From NCBI GenBank assembly GCA_028534125.1, contig CM052842.1, positions 930,001 through 994,000 of the forward strand: DNA of 64,000 bases, written 5' to 3'. This document shows positions 20,483-34,806 of the stretch, in pieces. Made by a program: the position numbers and the translations under genes. Within the stretch, counting starts at the first letter, position 1. Each line of letters begins with the position of its first letter. The notes under the pieces were generated by a model. It was not told where the DNA came from, did no database searches, and saw only the letters and a list, made by a program, of their open reading frames with translations. The stretch comes from Lama glama (lineage: Eukaryota).

Positions 20483-23400
20483 ATAAAGCACGCGGGGCCC
20501 CGCTGGCCAGTAAACTCTGTCAGTGAGGCTGATGTGAAAGGGGCCCAGAAAGAACACGCACCCGGCGCCCACCCCAGGACCTGCCACTGGAGCTGAGCCT
20601 CACCCTCCTGGGCTCCCTGTTTGCAGGCTCCCCCCGGCAACCCTGACCTCCTCAGGCCAACGTGGGAGTCCCTGGCGGACTGACCCCTCAGCCTGAGGGC
20701 GCTCCCCTTGCGCACCCCTAAGCACGCACTCAGCCCATCAGGCAAGGCTGGCCTCAGACAGGCTTCCTCTAACCTGCCACCTGGCCTCGCCCTCCCAACC
20801 CCACAGGTCAGGGTGCTTTCAGCAGGAGCCTGCGAGCTCACCTTTCCACCTGCAGGGTTTCCCTTGCATGCCCACTGCCAAACCCTCTGGGGGCCCTAAC
20901 GGTGACTCTGACCCAGAGCCACTTTTTGGAAGGTGACCTTCACTGCCTCGAAGCATTGTTACAGCACTGTGAACAGCAGGAGGGGAGGCTGGTGGCTGTG
21001 TCCCTGAGCACCTCCCTGGCTGTGGGTGTCCCCACCCCGCCAGGGAAACATGTCCCCCTCCAGGGCAAGAAAGCTTGTCTCCGGCATGGTGCCCAGTGCT
21101 GCAGGTGATGGCTGCTGAAGACACTAGCAGCGCCAACTCCAGCATCCCCCTTGGTGCCATCAACCACCTCTCTCTCCTTACTGTGCACCAGGGTGGCAAA
21201 CTCAAAAGACCTGGGGCCCAGCAGGCCAACAGCAGGGAGGCCACCCAGCTGGGGTCCACTTTGGCCATTCTCCTGCAGAGACAGCCTCTAGCGTCCCCCG
21301 TGGGAAGCTCTGACCAGGCCGTCCCATGGTTTCACACTGAGAGGAGCCCAGGGAGGGAGTGACAGCCACCAAAGCTGGGGTGGGGCCCCAGGTGCCCGCC
21401 CGCCACCCACACTCCGCTGCAGGCCTCCGGCTCGGAGGACCCATGTCTGAGGCCACCCTCAGGGGCAGAGCCACCCCCTCCGTGTGCAGGGCTCAGGGCC
21501 CATGGCTTCTGCCTCATGGCACCAATACCTCCATTTTTGAGAGGATACCTTTAGAGGAGGTCCTGGCCCAGCAAAGAGGGCTCCCAGACCATCCTGTGCT
21601 GTGCCTCGTTCACTCAGGGCACACCCAAGGCCATGGGGACTTGCCAGAGCCACCTCCTAGGATGCAGCCTTGGCTCCCTAGAGGGGACGAGACTGGTGGG
21701 ACGTGAGGAGAGGGAGGCAGCAGGTTCTGTCCTGACACTGGTTCCCAATACTAACTGCAGCCTCCCCACCCAGGCCCATGGGGAGAAGAGGGAGACTCAG
21801 CAAGAGGGGGGGCACTGATGGCGGCTGCAGGGCGCTGCTGAGGCCACCCTCACCCACTGCCCACGTGGGGCCTGAGGTCTCTGTCTCCACACACTCCTGC
21901 AGACAGGCCCAGCAGAGCAGAGGCCCAGCAGACCAGCTATTGTGACCAGGAGCCCCAGGCTGGGTCCCTACCAGCCAAAAAGGCAGATGGAGTAAAATGC
22001 AAGCTGTCCTGAAGCCTGTTGCCAGCTGCTTGGCTAGATCCAGGTCCAGCTGCAGTCTGCCTCCTGCAGGTGTGTGGGCCTGAGACAGCTGGCAGCGGAT
22101 GTGCCAGCTGGGCCCCAGCAGGTGTGGCAGGAGGCTGCTGGCCTGGCCTGGCCAGCCAAGCCTCCCTTCTCTTGTTCCCAAATCCTCCACACCTTTCCCT
22201 AGCTTTCGGATTTGACATATACACATCCTCAAGTACACTTTTTTGGCCAGGGATGGTTCCAAGGAACAGTTTACGTGCTTGCTCCAAGGGCACCCCAGCT
22301 GCCTCCCCACAGCACAGCCATTCCCTACCACGAACATCACCTCTGCAGCCTCTGCAGTCTTGGACCCCCGGAAAGATGAGGCAGTTGATGAGGGGAGAGT
22401 GCCAATATGCACGCAGCCCCTCAAATCCAGGCCCCCTGCCCCTCACAAGGGCTCTGGACATCTCTGCAGAGCAGCCTCTGGGAGATCTGGGTATCTCGGC
22501 CTCAGATCACCAGCAGGAATCCTGAATGTAGAGCTGATGGAGCAGAATGAGAGCTGGACAGGAACACAGGAGCCCTTCCCTTCTCCTTTCAAAATGTGCA
22601 ACCCAGACGCCAAATCCCCGGGCTGTGGGCCACACCCTCAGCAGTGCCAAGACAGGGGAGGAGGAAGCCTGGGGGGGTGGGCTGGGCAGGAGGAGCCCTG
22701 GAGGGAGCAAAGGCACAAGGATTGTCCTGTCTGTGGCTGTCAGTGCCACAGGGCAGCTCCCTGGAGCCAGACGAAGTGGACCGTGGCTGGTCCACTCACT
22801 GGTCTGGTCACCAGGGCTCAGGTCTAGTGCTCGTCAGCCCCACAGAATGAGAGCTGCTCAGGATGGAATTTTCTTAAGGAAAATTGAAAATCCGAGTGGA
22901 CCACAAACCTGCACCCCTTGCTGCGTCCGGAGCCTCAGGAGGCCCCGCTCTCCCTTCCAGCCCACGCAGCTGCCCGCCCTTCGAGATGGCCCGGGTTGGG
23001 GAGTGACACCCCTCTGGGTTCCTGGAGAGTATCCGTAAAAATGGACTTAATGCACTAAAACCAGAAACGACTGCTGTGCTTCCCGTTGAGACAACCAGCG
23101 GCTATGGTGTGGGAATCACACAGCATCAGGGCCCAGTCAGAGGGGTGTGCCGGCCCCTGTCCAGTGTAAGTGCTGGGCCCTGGAGGCGGGGGTCAGGGAG
23201 TAGGAGGTGTGGGCAGGAGTGGGGCTGGAGGCCTCAGCCCCACAGGGGCCAGGGTGGGAACACAGCAAACTGCTCTGTAAAGTGCTGTGATGTGTGTGTG
23301 TCTGCTAGGCCTGCGTGGGGGGGGGGCTGGCTAAGAGCACAGACCCAACATGTGTGCTTGCCCAGGAAGGAGGGGGCAGGAGCCCGGGGCCTCTTCTAGC

Positions 23401-23611
23401 TACCCCTACATGAGTCAGGGGGACCAGTGGAGGGGATGACCCTTCACCTACAGAGCTCCTCGGAGCCAGGCTGGGCTGGGATCCTGCAACTCCTGAGCCA
23501 TGGGCTGGGCCACCCCAAGGGAGGGAGGAGGTGGAAAGGGGAGACGATGTGTCCCCTTCCTCCAAATGCAGCAGGAGAAAGGCCACTGGGGGGCTGCTCA
23601 GGCTGGCTGGG

Positions 23612-25555
<1,944 letters not shown>

Positions 25556-28500
25556 GGCGGCGGCGGCAGCGACGGGGGTACCGGATCGGGGGCCATACGC
25601 CCGCCCGGCCGGCCGCACGGGGCGGGGCGCCGGGGGCGGGGTCGGCCGGGCCCTCCCCTTTGTCTCGCCCGCTCGGCGCGCGCAGGCGCGCTGGCCCCTC
25701 CTGGCCCCGCCCCGCCCCGCGCCGCGCGTCACCCGGCAAGTGCCGGCCGGTTGGCCCCGCCCCGGCCCGACGAGGCCACTGGAGCCGCGGCGGAGGGGGG
25801 CGAGCAGGTGCGGCGCCGTGCCCGGCCGCTTGCTCCCGCTCCTCTGGGAAAGAGTGGGCCCCGTGGTGGCCTCGCCTCGGCTTCTGTCATCACACCCGTG
25901 GGGAGCGTCGCGCGGAGGGCTCCGGCGGCGAGGCGGGGCGTGCGCGCGAGCCGCCTCCCCCGCGGCCCGGCGCGTGGTAGACCCCGCCGCTTCATTTCCC
26001 GTGCGCGGCGCGGCCGGCCCTCCCTTTCCTTTGCCGTCCGGCGCCGCCGAATCCTCATCTGTGCTCGCCGCGTCCTTGGCTGGCGAGTGAGTACCGCGGC
26101 TCGCGCCGCCAGGCCCCAGGGCCCGGGGAAGGGGCGGTCCGCACTGCGCCGGCGATTCCGTCCTCGACTCCGGGGCGCCGGGCCGAGTGCAGCGCCGGCG
26201 GGGAGCGCAGAGGGGCGGGGCCCGCGGGCCACGTGCTGGCTGGACCCCTGCGGCGGCCTCGGCGGGAGGGCGGCGGCGACACTGCGCCGGCCGCGCTGGC
26301 CGGCGCCTCGGTGGGTGACAGGAACGCCTGCCTAGCTGTGGCCCGGGCCTGTAGCGCTTCCTTTGTCCGCGTTTACTGAGCACCTCCTGCACGCCGGCTC
26401 TGGGCCTCGGAGGACAGGCGCGGGCCCAACCTTCGGGAAACCTTGACAGTTCGTGAATGCAGGAAATAAGGACGTGATTGCTGAGTGACTAGAAAGAAAC
26501 ACACAGCGTTCTCTGAGAGTGACCGAGGGCCTTGACTTGGATAAGGTGGTCCGGGCAGGAAGCGATGTCAAACCAGTGTCTGAAGGGGAGGGTGTCGCCT
26601 TCCTGGAAAACGGGCTTTTTAAATAGAACGAAGAAGGGAAAGCCAATGGGGTGGCAGGTGTGGGGACTCGATGGAGGCAGCACCGCAGGGTTTGCAGAAT
26701 CAAGGGCCACCTTGGAGCAAGAGAGTTATTTGTGTAGCTAAATTTGGGGTGGTCCCTGCCTGTTGCGGGAGCACCTCTTACATTGACCCTGGCAGGTAAC
26801 CCGCTAGGGAGTAGGCCTGGCCTGGGTCAGGGAAGGATGCTTGGTGTTACCTCAGAAGCGGCCCTGACAGCCCGACTCCTCTGGGCGCCATCAGCCGGTA
26901 AGTGGGCTGGTTCAGATGTGACTCAGTTGTTCCTGAGCCCCTTGTGCCCAGCTCTGTTGGCAGCTGTTCCCTGAAAAAGCTCCTTCTTGCAGAGTGCCTG
27001 GCACACAAACTGCAAGGAGCAGGTGCTCTGCCATCTCTGCAGGGCAGTCAGCCCTGGGCCTCACGGGAGCCTGGGCAGAGTGGTGTCTTCTCGTGGTCAG
27101 TGGGGTGACTACCCTCTGGAGGAGGCTGGTGCAGGACCAGCCTCCTTGGCTTCACTGCTGGGGAGCTGGGTGAGGCTGCAGGGTTCAGCAAAGGTGGGCA
27201 GACGTGCTTGATCAGTGTTTTTGTGAGTGGAGGTTTCTTGAAGGTGGTGTTTTAAAAAAGATCATGTTGTGAATATCTCCAACGTATTGTGCTCTGGTGT
27301 CAGCTTTTTAGGGGTCAAGCAAGAAATGCTGGCCTGAGCCCTGGCCCTGTGCTGATATTTTAAGATTACATATGTGAATTCAAAGTGGACAGCAGTGTGA
27401 CATTGGCATGAAGTACAGGCACCAGTGAGACACAGATTGCCAGGTCCTCACCTCACCCGGAGCTGCAGTTTCCCCCACTCCTGTTTCCCAGCTGTGAGGC
27501 TTGGAGACATACATGAGGCATCAGGTGTACACAGGATGGTTAATAAAGCAGGTGCAGTGTTGGAGTCGCCCACAGGGAAGGGTGTAGAGGTGCCTGGCAG
27601 TCAGGGTAGATAGACCAGGGCAGCACCAACTGAGACAAATAGAACTGAGGGCCATGGCGCTGCAGCACAGACAGCAGGGCAGGTTGGCGTTTCTGGGTGG
27701 TGCTGGACTGTCCAGGAGCCAGAGGTAGGAAAGCATCTGACTAGGAACTTGGGGCGTGGCACTGCCCCCTAAAGAGAAGCAGAGGGCGTCACTCCCACAC
27801 AGTAGCCCCACTGTGTCGCTGTTCTCATCGCCTGAAACATGACCAGTGCCCACCACTGCCCTCCCGGACACCGCCCGTGGGGAAGCTCTATTGTGCAGCA
27901 GTGGTCTAGACCACAACAGCGGGGGGTGGCCCCGCTGCCTGCACTTCACACCCATTCTCACTTCCTGTGGAAGGTGGAGAGAGCTTTGATTCCCTAGGTG
28001 GATGATCTGGGAGTCCCTCTGTGTGTGCGACTGAGATGAGATGATGTGAGCATGGGGATACCTGGGGCAGTGTTTGGGAAATGGGAAGGTGCAGAAGGCA
28101 GAGCCAGGGGAGGGGACAACCCCCACCCCTCCCAGAAACCTTCCTCATTCACCCAGCCTCCCAGGGCCTCTGGGCTCCCTGGCACCTTGGTGGGTGTGGC
28201 TCTGCCAGTCCGTGTTCTCGCATTACTTCAAGACTTTCCAGCCAGGAGTATCCAGGGTGGGGGCTGCTGCTAGTTTCCCTGTCTTGGCACTGCTAGAACT
28301 GCCCTTCCAGGACAGAGGCCAAGAAGGGCCCTGAGTCCCTGCACAGGCTTTGGAGAACGTGTCTGTCTTGGCACAGCCGTGGGTGCTTTCTGCACTGGGT
28401 GCTGAGCTGGGAGGGTTGCAGAGGAACTGCTGCATCGCTGCTTCCACCACAGGTCCTTGTGGCCAGGTCGGGTGCAGTGCCTCCAGGGCTTCCCACCACC

Positions 28501-30007
28501 TCACTGCCCCCTCTCGTGGGAACGGTCTTAATGCACCTTATGGACCAGGGTTGGGCCTTAGTGGCGGGCAGCATGCGCTTTTGCCCGGCCAGTGAGTGGG
28601 AGGGACCCCTGAGGCTAGTTGCCCGGCGTCTGGGAGCTCTCCTCCCGGGGCTCCGCTCTGTTCTAGCTGGGGGAAGTGCGGCAGAGCAGAGCCCGCTGTC
28701 CTGTAGGCACACGGCATCCTGACTGGAGGGCTCTAGGCTGGGGTGTGTGTCCTCGAGAGGAGGTGTTCAGACTCAGACTTGCTTTTCTCCAGGAAGAGAT
28801 GGGCCTCATGGAACCTGGAGGCACTCAGGGACAGGGAGTGGAGGTGGGCTTTTGCATCTGATGCTAGGGCGCTGTGTCACCTGTCCTGGGAGACACAGCA
28901 GCAAGGCAGGGGACTCTGAGAGCTGCCTGTCCCCCTACCCTTGGAGTCTTTCTGGGTGCTCTTGGCTTCACGCCAGGAGGCACTCCACTGTGTGTGGCTA
29001 GCCTCCAGGTGATGCTCTCCTGCGGTGTCTGGAGAGCCCTCCTTCAGCCAGTGCTTGGCCACATCCTCCCCCTGGGAACCTCATCACCTGAGAAGCCCCG
29101 GCGGTGGGTGTCTGCAAGGAGCCTACCAGGACCTCCTGTGCACTTCCACCTGCTGATGTCCTGTGTTCACCCTGCTCCCGCAGGGCACATTGTATATCCC
29201 TGTCCAGTGGTGGCTGATGCAGGCGCTCCAGCGCTGGCTGCAGTGTGGGGTAGACAGGGGAGGGCAGGGGTGTGGGTGGCAGGGCTCCTATGGGAGGAGG
29301 GAGACAGATCCTCAGGTCTCTAGTCGCTGGGCAGCTGGGGGCCCCTGGGACAGAGCGGGACAGATCCGCTGCCTATGTGTGTGGTTTCCTCAGCTCCTGG
29401 GCTGCTGCCTCTTACGGATTCGGGTGGGGCACCTAATGTCTCCCCACCTGTCCTTTTATGCACACCAGGAAGGCATTGTGTCCCTGAGAGTGCTTTGGTG
29501 GGAACCTGCGGGGACAGTGGCACCCTGCCCACCTAGCCTCTCACCCTGCCCCAGCGGTGGCCCTGCTGAAGGAAAAGGCACTGGGGCTTGGTGGCTGCTG
29601 AGACCTTCAACAAGGTCATCTTGGGCCTGGTCCAGCGGTCTGGACCCAGTGGCTGTGCAGAGAGGGGGATCCCCTCCACAGCCACGGCTCCAGGTGGACA
29701 GTGGGGACGCCTAGTGCTGGCTCCCCTCTCCCAGGTTGGCTCAGCTTGGTGGGGAGCGGTGGGAAGGGCACTCAGATGGTGCCCCCCAGGATCTGCCCAT
29801 TTCACATGACGATGGAGCAGTGCTGCCCTGAGCAGTGGACCCAGCCGCCTCCTGGGATTTTGGTGGTGGGTCTCGCCCTGTGTCTCCTCCATCACCCTCA
29901 CCTCCACGCTACCTCACCAAGCAACGTCTGAAAAGGCCCTCCAGCCTGCTCAGGCCGCCCTGTCTGACTGCCTCTAACCTTGCTGCTTTCTCTTCATGCT
30001 GTCCTAG

Positions 30008-30022
30008 GAGATCAAAGTGAAA
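30008..30022 (+). other. EEF1D: Candidate 15-nt 5'UTR microexon of EEF1D (GAGATCAAAGTGAAA)
   Basis: Branch CTCTAAC (~29972-29978), pyrimidine tract with TGC motifs, TAG acceptor at 30005-30007 and consensus GTAAGT donor at 30023. Confidence 0.6.
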
Positions 30023-31452
30023 GTAAGTACCCTGCTGCGTTCCCTTCACCTGAGCCCGGAGACCCCCAGACCGGCCCTCAACCTGCCTGATGTCCTCACA
30101 CACCTGTGGGGCCAGGCTGCAGGCCTCGGTTTCCTTGTCTGGAGCAGAGTCCAATCCTGTCGGTGTGGGCTTGGCTTTCCTGGGCTGAGCCAGTTCCTGC
30201 CTGTGAGTCGGGTGGGCCTCCCCTGAGCACCGTCTGTAGGCAGGGCTTGGAGCTGCAGCCCTGCCAGCCCCTGGTCCCAGACCCTGTCCCTGGCTCATGG
30301 GCATCTTGAGCTGTGGCCCTCAGAGCTCTGAGCAGAGCCTAGTCTGATGTCAGGAGCAAGGACAATGTTTAAGTCAGTAGATTTATGTGGGACTCTGGCG
30401 CTGGAGGCTCAGCCTGGTGGGCAGGGCTGAAGGGGCTGGACCAGCCCAGACCTGCCCTGGTGAGGGGTCAGCCAGGAGCTTGCTGTCAGAGGGCAGTGGG
30501 TGATGTCACAATGCCCCCCTTCCTGGGCACACTTACCACCTCCCACCACTGCCTCTGCCGTCAGCCTGGCCTTGGTAAGTGCTGCCTCCAGCCTAAGGAG
30601 GAAGGCTCACGCCCCCGGGCCCACATTAGAGCAGGGCCTCTCCCTCAGCAGGAACCTCTCTGAGCCTGGGGCCTCAGTCCCTGCCATAAGAGGCCTGCGG
30701 CATGTGCTGTTAGAGGGGCCCCCAGCGTGCCCCTTCAGAGCACGAGGGGGGATCTCCCTGAAGTCCAGGGCAGGGGTGGGACTTAGCCCCCATGTCCCAC
30801 AGAGTAATAGGAGATGGGTTTTCCTTTTGTTAGGGGGTGTTAGGAAGGGGGTGTAGACCCTGGACTGAGTGGTGGGAAGAGTTTGCCATCTGGGGTGAAG
30901 GTAGCGTGAGGCAGAGTCAGGGCCTCTGGGGCAGCAGATGACACAGGTCCCTCTAAGCTGAGCCTTGTCCACCCGCCCCAGTAGCCGGTGGGGTGCAAAG
31001 CCCCACACCCTTCTCCCACTGTCCCAGTGACAGAGCCCTTACACCAGAAGTGCTGATGAGAGGAGGGTACTTGGAGGTTCCCACGTGGCCCCTTTTAGTT
31101 CGGGTGCACCCACAGATGTGAGCTGATTGCCTCCTGATCAGGGAGCAGCTGCCACTGACCAGGGAAACTGGTCCTCACTCCCTGCCTGACCTCCTCTCCT
31201 TTGAGATGGTCACTTCCTGGTGTCTCTCCTGATGTGACCTCGTGGGGTTGGGCACTACACCCTCTGCTCCCAGCTGCCCACTGGGAGATTGCCCCTCATC
31301 TCAGACCCTCACAGCTCCTCTCGGGATATGCCCTGCTCAGGATGGCGGGGTGGCCGTGCGGGTGTGGGGGACTCAGGCCCGGGCACCGTGAGGGGCCATC
31401 TTCCAAGACCACCAAGTGCATGTCTATAAAACAGAAACCCCAGTGCCTCTGG

Positions 31453-31627
31453 GAGGTGGCCAGACTTAGCAAAAACACAGGACGTCCAGTTAAAATTTCA
31501 GATGAACAGCAAATAACGTTTCAGTATAAGAGTCTCAGATGTCTCACGGGATATATTCATTCTAAAAGTCATTTGCCATTGATGTGAGAATCAAGTGAGT
31601 GCGTCCTGTATTTTATCTGGCTGCCCT
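31453..31627. mobile_element. MER53-like palindromic hAT MITE
   Basis: Inverted termini GGTGGCCAGACTTAGC...ACAGGACGTCCAGTTAAA / GCGTCCTGTATTTTATCTGGCTGCCCT, with internal dyad symmetry. Confidence 0.75.
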
Positions 31628-32002
31628 CCTTGGAGGTTCATAGGAAAGGTTTCTGTAGCCAAAGATATTTGGGAAGTGTTCCCCAGATCCCTCTGGAGAG
31701 CCTGGGTGCCCTGCCCGTTGGATCAGAAAAGACAAGCTTTGGAGTTGGGAGGATGCATGCAAACACGGCACACACAGCACACACATGTGTATGTGTGTGT
31801 CTGTCAGTCGCTTCACAGGGTTGCCTGTGCACTCCACTCCGGGTCTTTGCCTGTTGCCTCACAGAACCCCCAGGCACCTCCGTAGCGGGCGTCCCCCGCA
31901 GCCCCGCCAGTCAGGCTGAGCAGGGGGGTGGGGGCGCCGTCTGCAGACGGCCCGTGGTGTTGCAACTGCCTTCTCCTGCTTGCTTTTTAACGCTGCGTGA
32001 AG

Positions 32003-33072
32003 ATGAGGAGCGGGAAGGCCTCCTGCGCCCTGGAGACCGTCTGGGAGGACAAGCAGAAGTATGAGGAAGCCGAGGGGCCCTTCCAGGAGCATGAGGCTGC
32101 GCGAGCCGCCGCCCCCGCCACCGCCCAGCAGCTCCTGGCCGCAGCCCCGGCTGTGAACGGGCCAGGTGGGGAGGATGTGGAGGAGGCAGACGCCCCCGAC
32201 GGCAGCAGGAGCGACCGCGGGAAGAGCCCCAACGGGAAGAAGCCCCTGCAGAAGAAGAGGAAGCGCTCCCCAAGGGGCTGGCTCAGCCAGGCGGACCTGG
32301 CCCTCGTGGGCCTCTCAGCTGACCACGTCTGGCTGGACAAGCCGCTTTTTGACCAGGCGGAGAGTTCCTACCACCAGAGGCTGGCAGACGTGGCTGCCCA
32401 GGCCCCCTGGGGTCCCTGCACTCATGGAAGCCAGGTTGCCTGCCACCACGTGACCTTGGGCATCTGGGTCAACAAGTCTTCCTTTGACCAGGCAGAGCGG
32501 GCGTTCGTGGAATGGTCTCAGGCATTGCTGCTGGCTGTAGAGGGGGGCGGCCGGCAGGCAGCTCCCGACACAGGCCAGCAGGCAGCCGCCCCGGACCTGC
32601 ACCTCATCCGCCAGCCCAGCCCACCGGCCAACAGCCAGCCCCCACTGGGCAGCCTGCAGGCGCTCGTGCAGGGGGTGTGGCTCGAGAAGCCACGGTACGA
32701 CGCAGCCGAGAGGGGCTTCTACGAGGCCATGTTTGACGGCCACCCTCCTGGGAAGGTGCGCCTGCAGGAGCGGGCCGGCCAGGCTGAGGGCGCCAGGCGG
32801 GGCCGCAGAGACCGGCGGGGCCGCAGCGCAGTGGGAGGCAAGCGGCTGGGGCAGCGACGGGCCAGCGGGGAGGCCCCCTCTGCTCTGCCCTACTGGCACC
32901 TCCTGCACAAGGATGCCGAGGCCCCCTGGCTCAGCAAGCCCGCCTACGACAGTGCCGAGTGCCGCCACCATGCTGCCGAGGCCCTGCGCACGGCCTGGCG
33001 CCTTGAAGCCGCATCCCTGGCCCGCCAGCCCAGCGCCCGGTCTGGCCCTTCCGTGTCCAGCCTGAGATCCAA
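32003..33072 (+). CDS. EEF1D: Large alternative coding exon of the long nuclear isoform eEF1B-delta-L (full isoform ~638 aa)
   Basis: MRSGKASCALETVWEDK...; NLS KKRKRSP. Donor AA|GTAGGA at 33072/33073 splices in frame to the exon starting at 34803 (G AAA ATG). Confidence 0.9.
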
Positions 33073-34214
33073 GTAGGAGAAACGTGTTGGGTGGATGCCT
33101 AGGCTTCTGGGCTGGGGCCAGCATGGTCCCCTTCCTACCTCCACCCCAGCGGGCCTCTTCCTGATTGCTGGACCCCACTGAGTTGGGTGCTGGGGCGGGT
33201 TGGGGTAGCTCTCTCCTCCTGGGGCATTGCGGTCTCCAGGATCACCCTTGGGGGTCGCTGAGTTCTGGTCACCCCCACCGAGTTTTGGAGGGAAGGGCTG
33301 AGTTTGTCCTGGGCAGGGTTTCCCCTTTGGCCTGGCAACTATGGGCCTGGCAGAGGGAGCAGTGAAGCCTTGCCCGAGCCCCACTGGGGCCTGCCTGGGA
33401 ATTCTGTCTACCCTGTGACCACCTCTGAGGGGAGGTGGGCATCTCGGGTGCAGCAGCACATGAGTCTGGAGGACACCACTGACGAGGCCAACTGGCCTTC
33501 AGCCTGTGTGCTCAGGGGTCTTGGAGGAGGGGGGAGGGGTGGGCAAGGCCAGCGTCTGGCCGTGGAAGGGGCCCCTTGGCCAGCGGGGCTCGGGGGAGGC
33601 CTGGATTGGAGGCGCAGCAGTGAGGGGAGGGGCTGCAGTGCAGGCGGGGTCAGCAGGGAGTTAGGCCTCCCTGGGCCTGAGTCCCAGCAGAAGCCGCTTT
33701 GCTGCTCAGTGGGGGTGGATGTGCTGCTTTGGGAGGATCCGGGCCCTGTGTGAGGGGCCAGGACATGGGGGTTGGGGTGTTCCCTGTTGGGAGTATGGGG
33801 GCAGACCATGGAACTAAAGCTGGATTCATGGTGGCGCCTCACGGGGGCGGGGCACAGAGGGGAGCTCTGGGGCCCGACTCTCCTCTTGTCACCAAGGGGC
33901 ACTTGGCGAGGTCCGGTGATGGCCTGGGGTCCTCGGCACAGAGAGCTGGTGGGATTGGGTCCCTTTCTGTCACGCTCAGTGAGGGACAGGACAGTCCTGT
34001 GGCATCAGGGTTGTCGTGGAGGGCCAGAGGGAGAAGAGGGTGGACCCTGTGCTCGGGTCTGGGGCAGCTCCCCTGTCTTGCTGCGACGTGCCAGTGCTCC
34101 AGTTTGCCAAAACGGATGGTGGCTGCGCCCGCCTCTCGGGCCAGAGTTCGCCAGCTGTTCTCAGACTCGCTGGTCTCAGGATGCCAGGGCTTTCTACCAT
34201 GGACTTCTACCACG

Positions 34215-34522
34215 TTGGTGATAAAACACAGGAGGTTGTTTGTTGGAAAATAATAAGGTCGTTATTTGTTAACATATTTCTGCAGAAATGGTTTCCTTGT
34301 AACAAAAAGATTTAGGAAATAGGGGGCCTTGTTTTACATTTTTGCAAATTTCTTGTGTCTGGCTTAATAGAAGGCAGCTGGATCCCTGCACCTGCTTGTG
34401 CATTCAGTCTGCTGGTGTACGTTGTCTCATCAACAAATTCAGCCTTGAACAAATGTGTGATTGGAAAAGGGAGGACCTTGGGAACCCCTGGAGGTTCGTG
34501 GCTGTAGTTTGAGAGCTGCTGG
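34215..34522. mobile_element. Charlie1-like hAT DNA transposon fragment
   Basis: TTTTACATTTTTGCAAAT...TGTCTGGCTTAATAGAAGGCAGCTGGAT...TTGGAAAAGGGAGGA matches the Charlie1 consensus as recalled. Confidence 0.65.
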
Positions 34523-34806
34523 CCTTGGGGATAGGCCCGGGGACCATGGGCCTTAGAACGGAAGGAAGTCCACGGCGGGGGGCAGGGGTAGGGGCTTATG
34601 GGCTCACTGTGGTCTGTGCCAGGAACCGCTGGTGCTCTGCTCGGGGCCTGGAGCCCTCGTCACCCAAGGATGGGACGGCCTGCCTGGCACCCTTGAGGTC
34701 TGGGCTGTCAGAAGGGGTGCTTGTGCAGGCCCGCCCTGGGGCCTGCAAGGAAGCACCCTTTCCCAGCCAGGCTGTCTTAGTCTCTCCTCCCCTTCCCGAC
34801 AGGAAA

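Noticed and set aside
25556-26392. ~280-aa N-terminal extension of the TIGD5 ORF in the track (926 aa)
   Set aside because: Low-complexity translation that runs through the promoter and EEF1D exon 1; the real start is the perfect-Kozak ATG at 25555.
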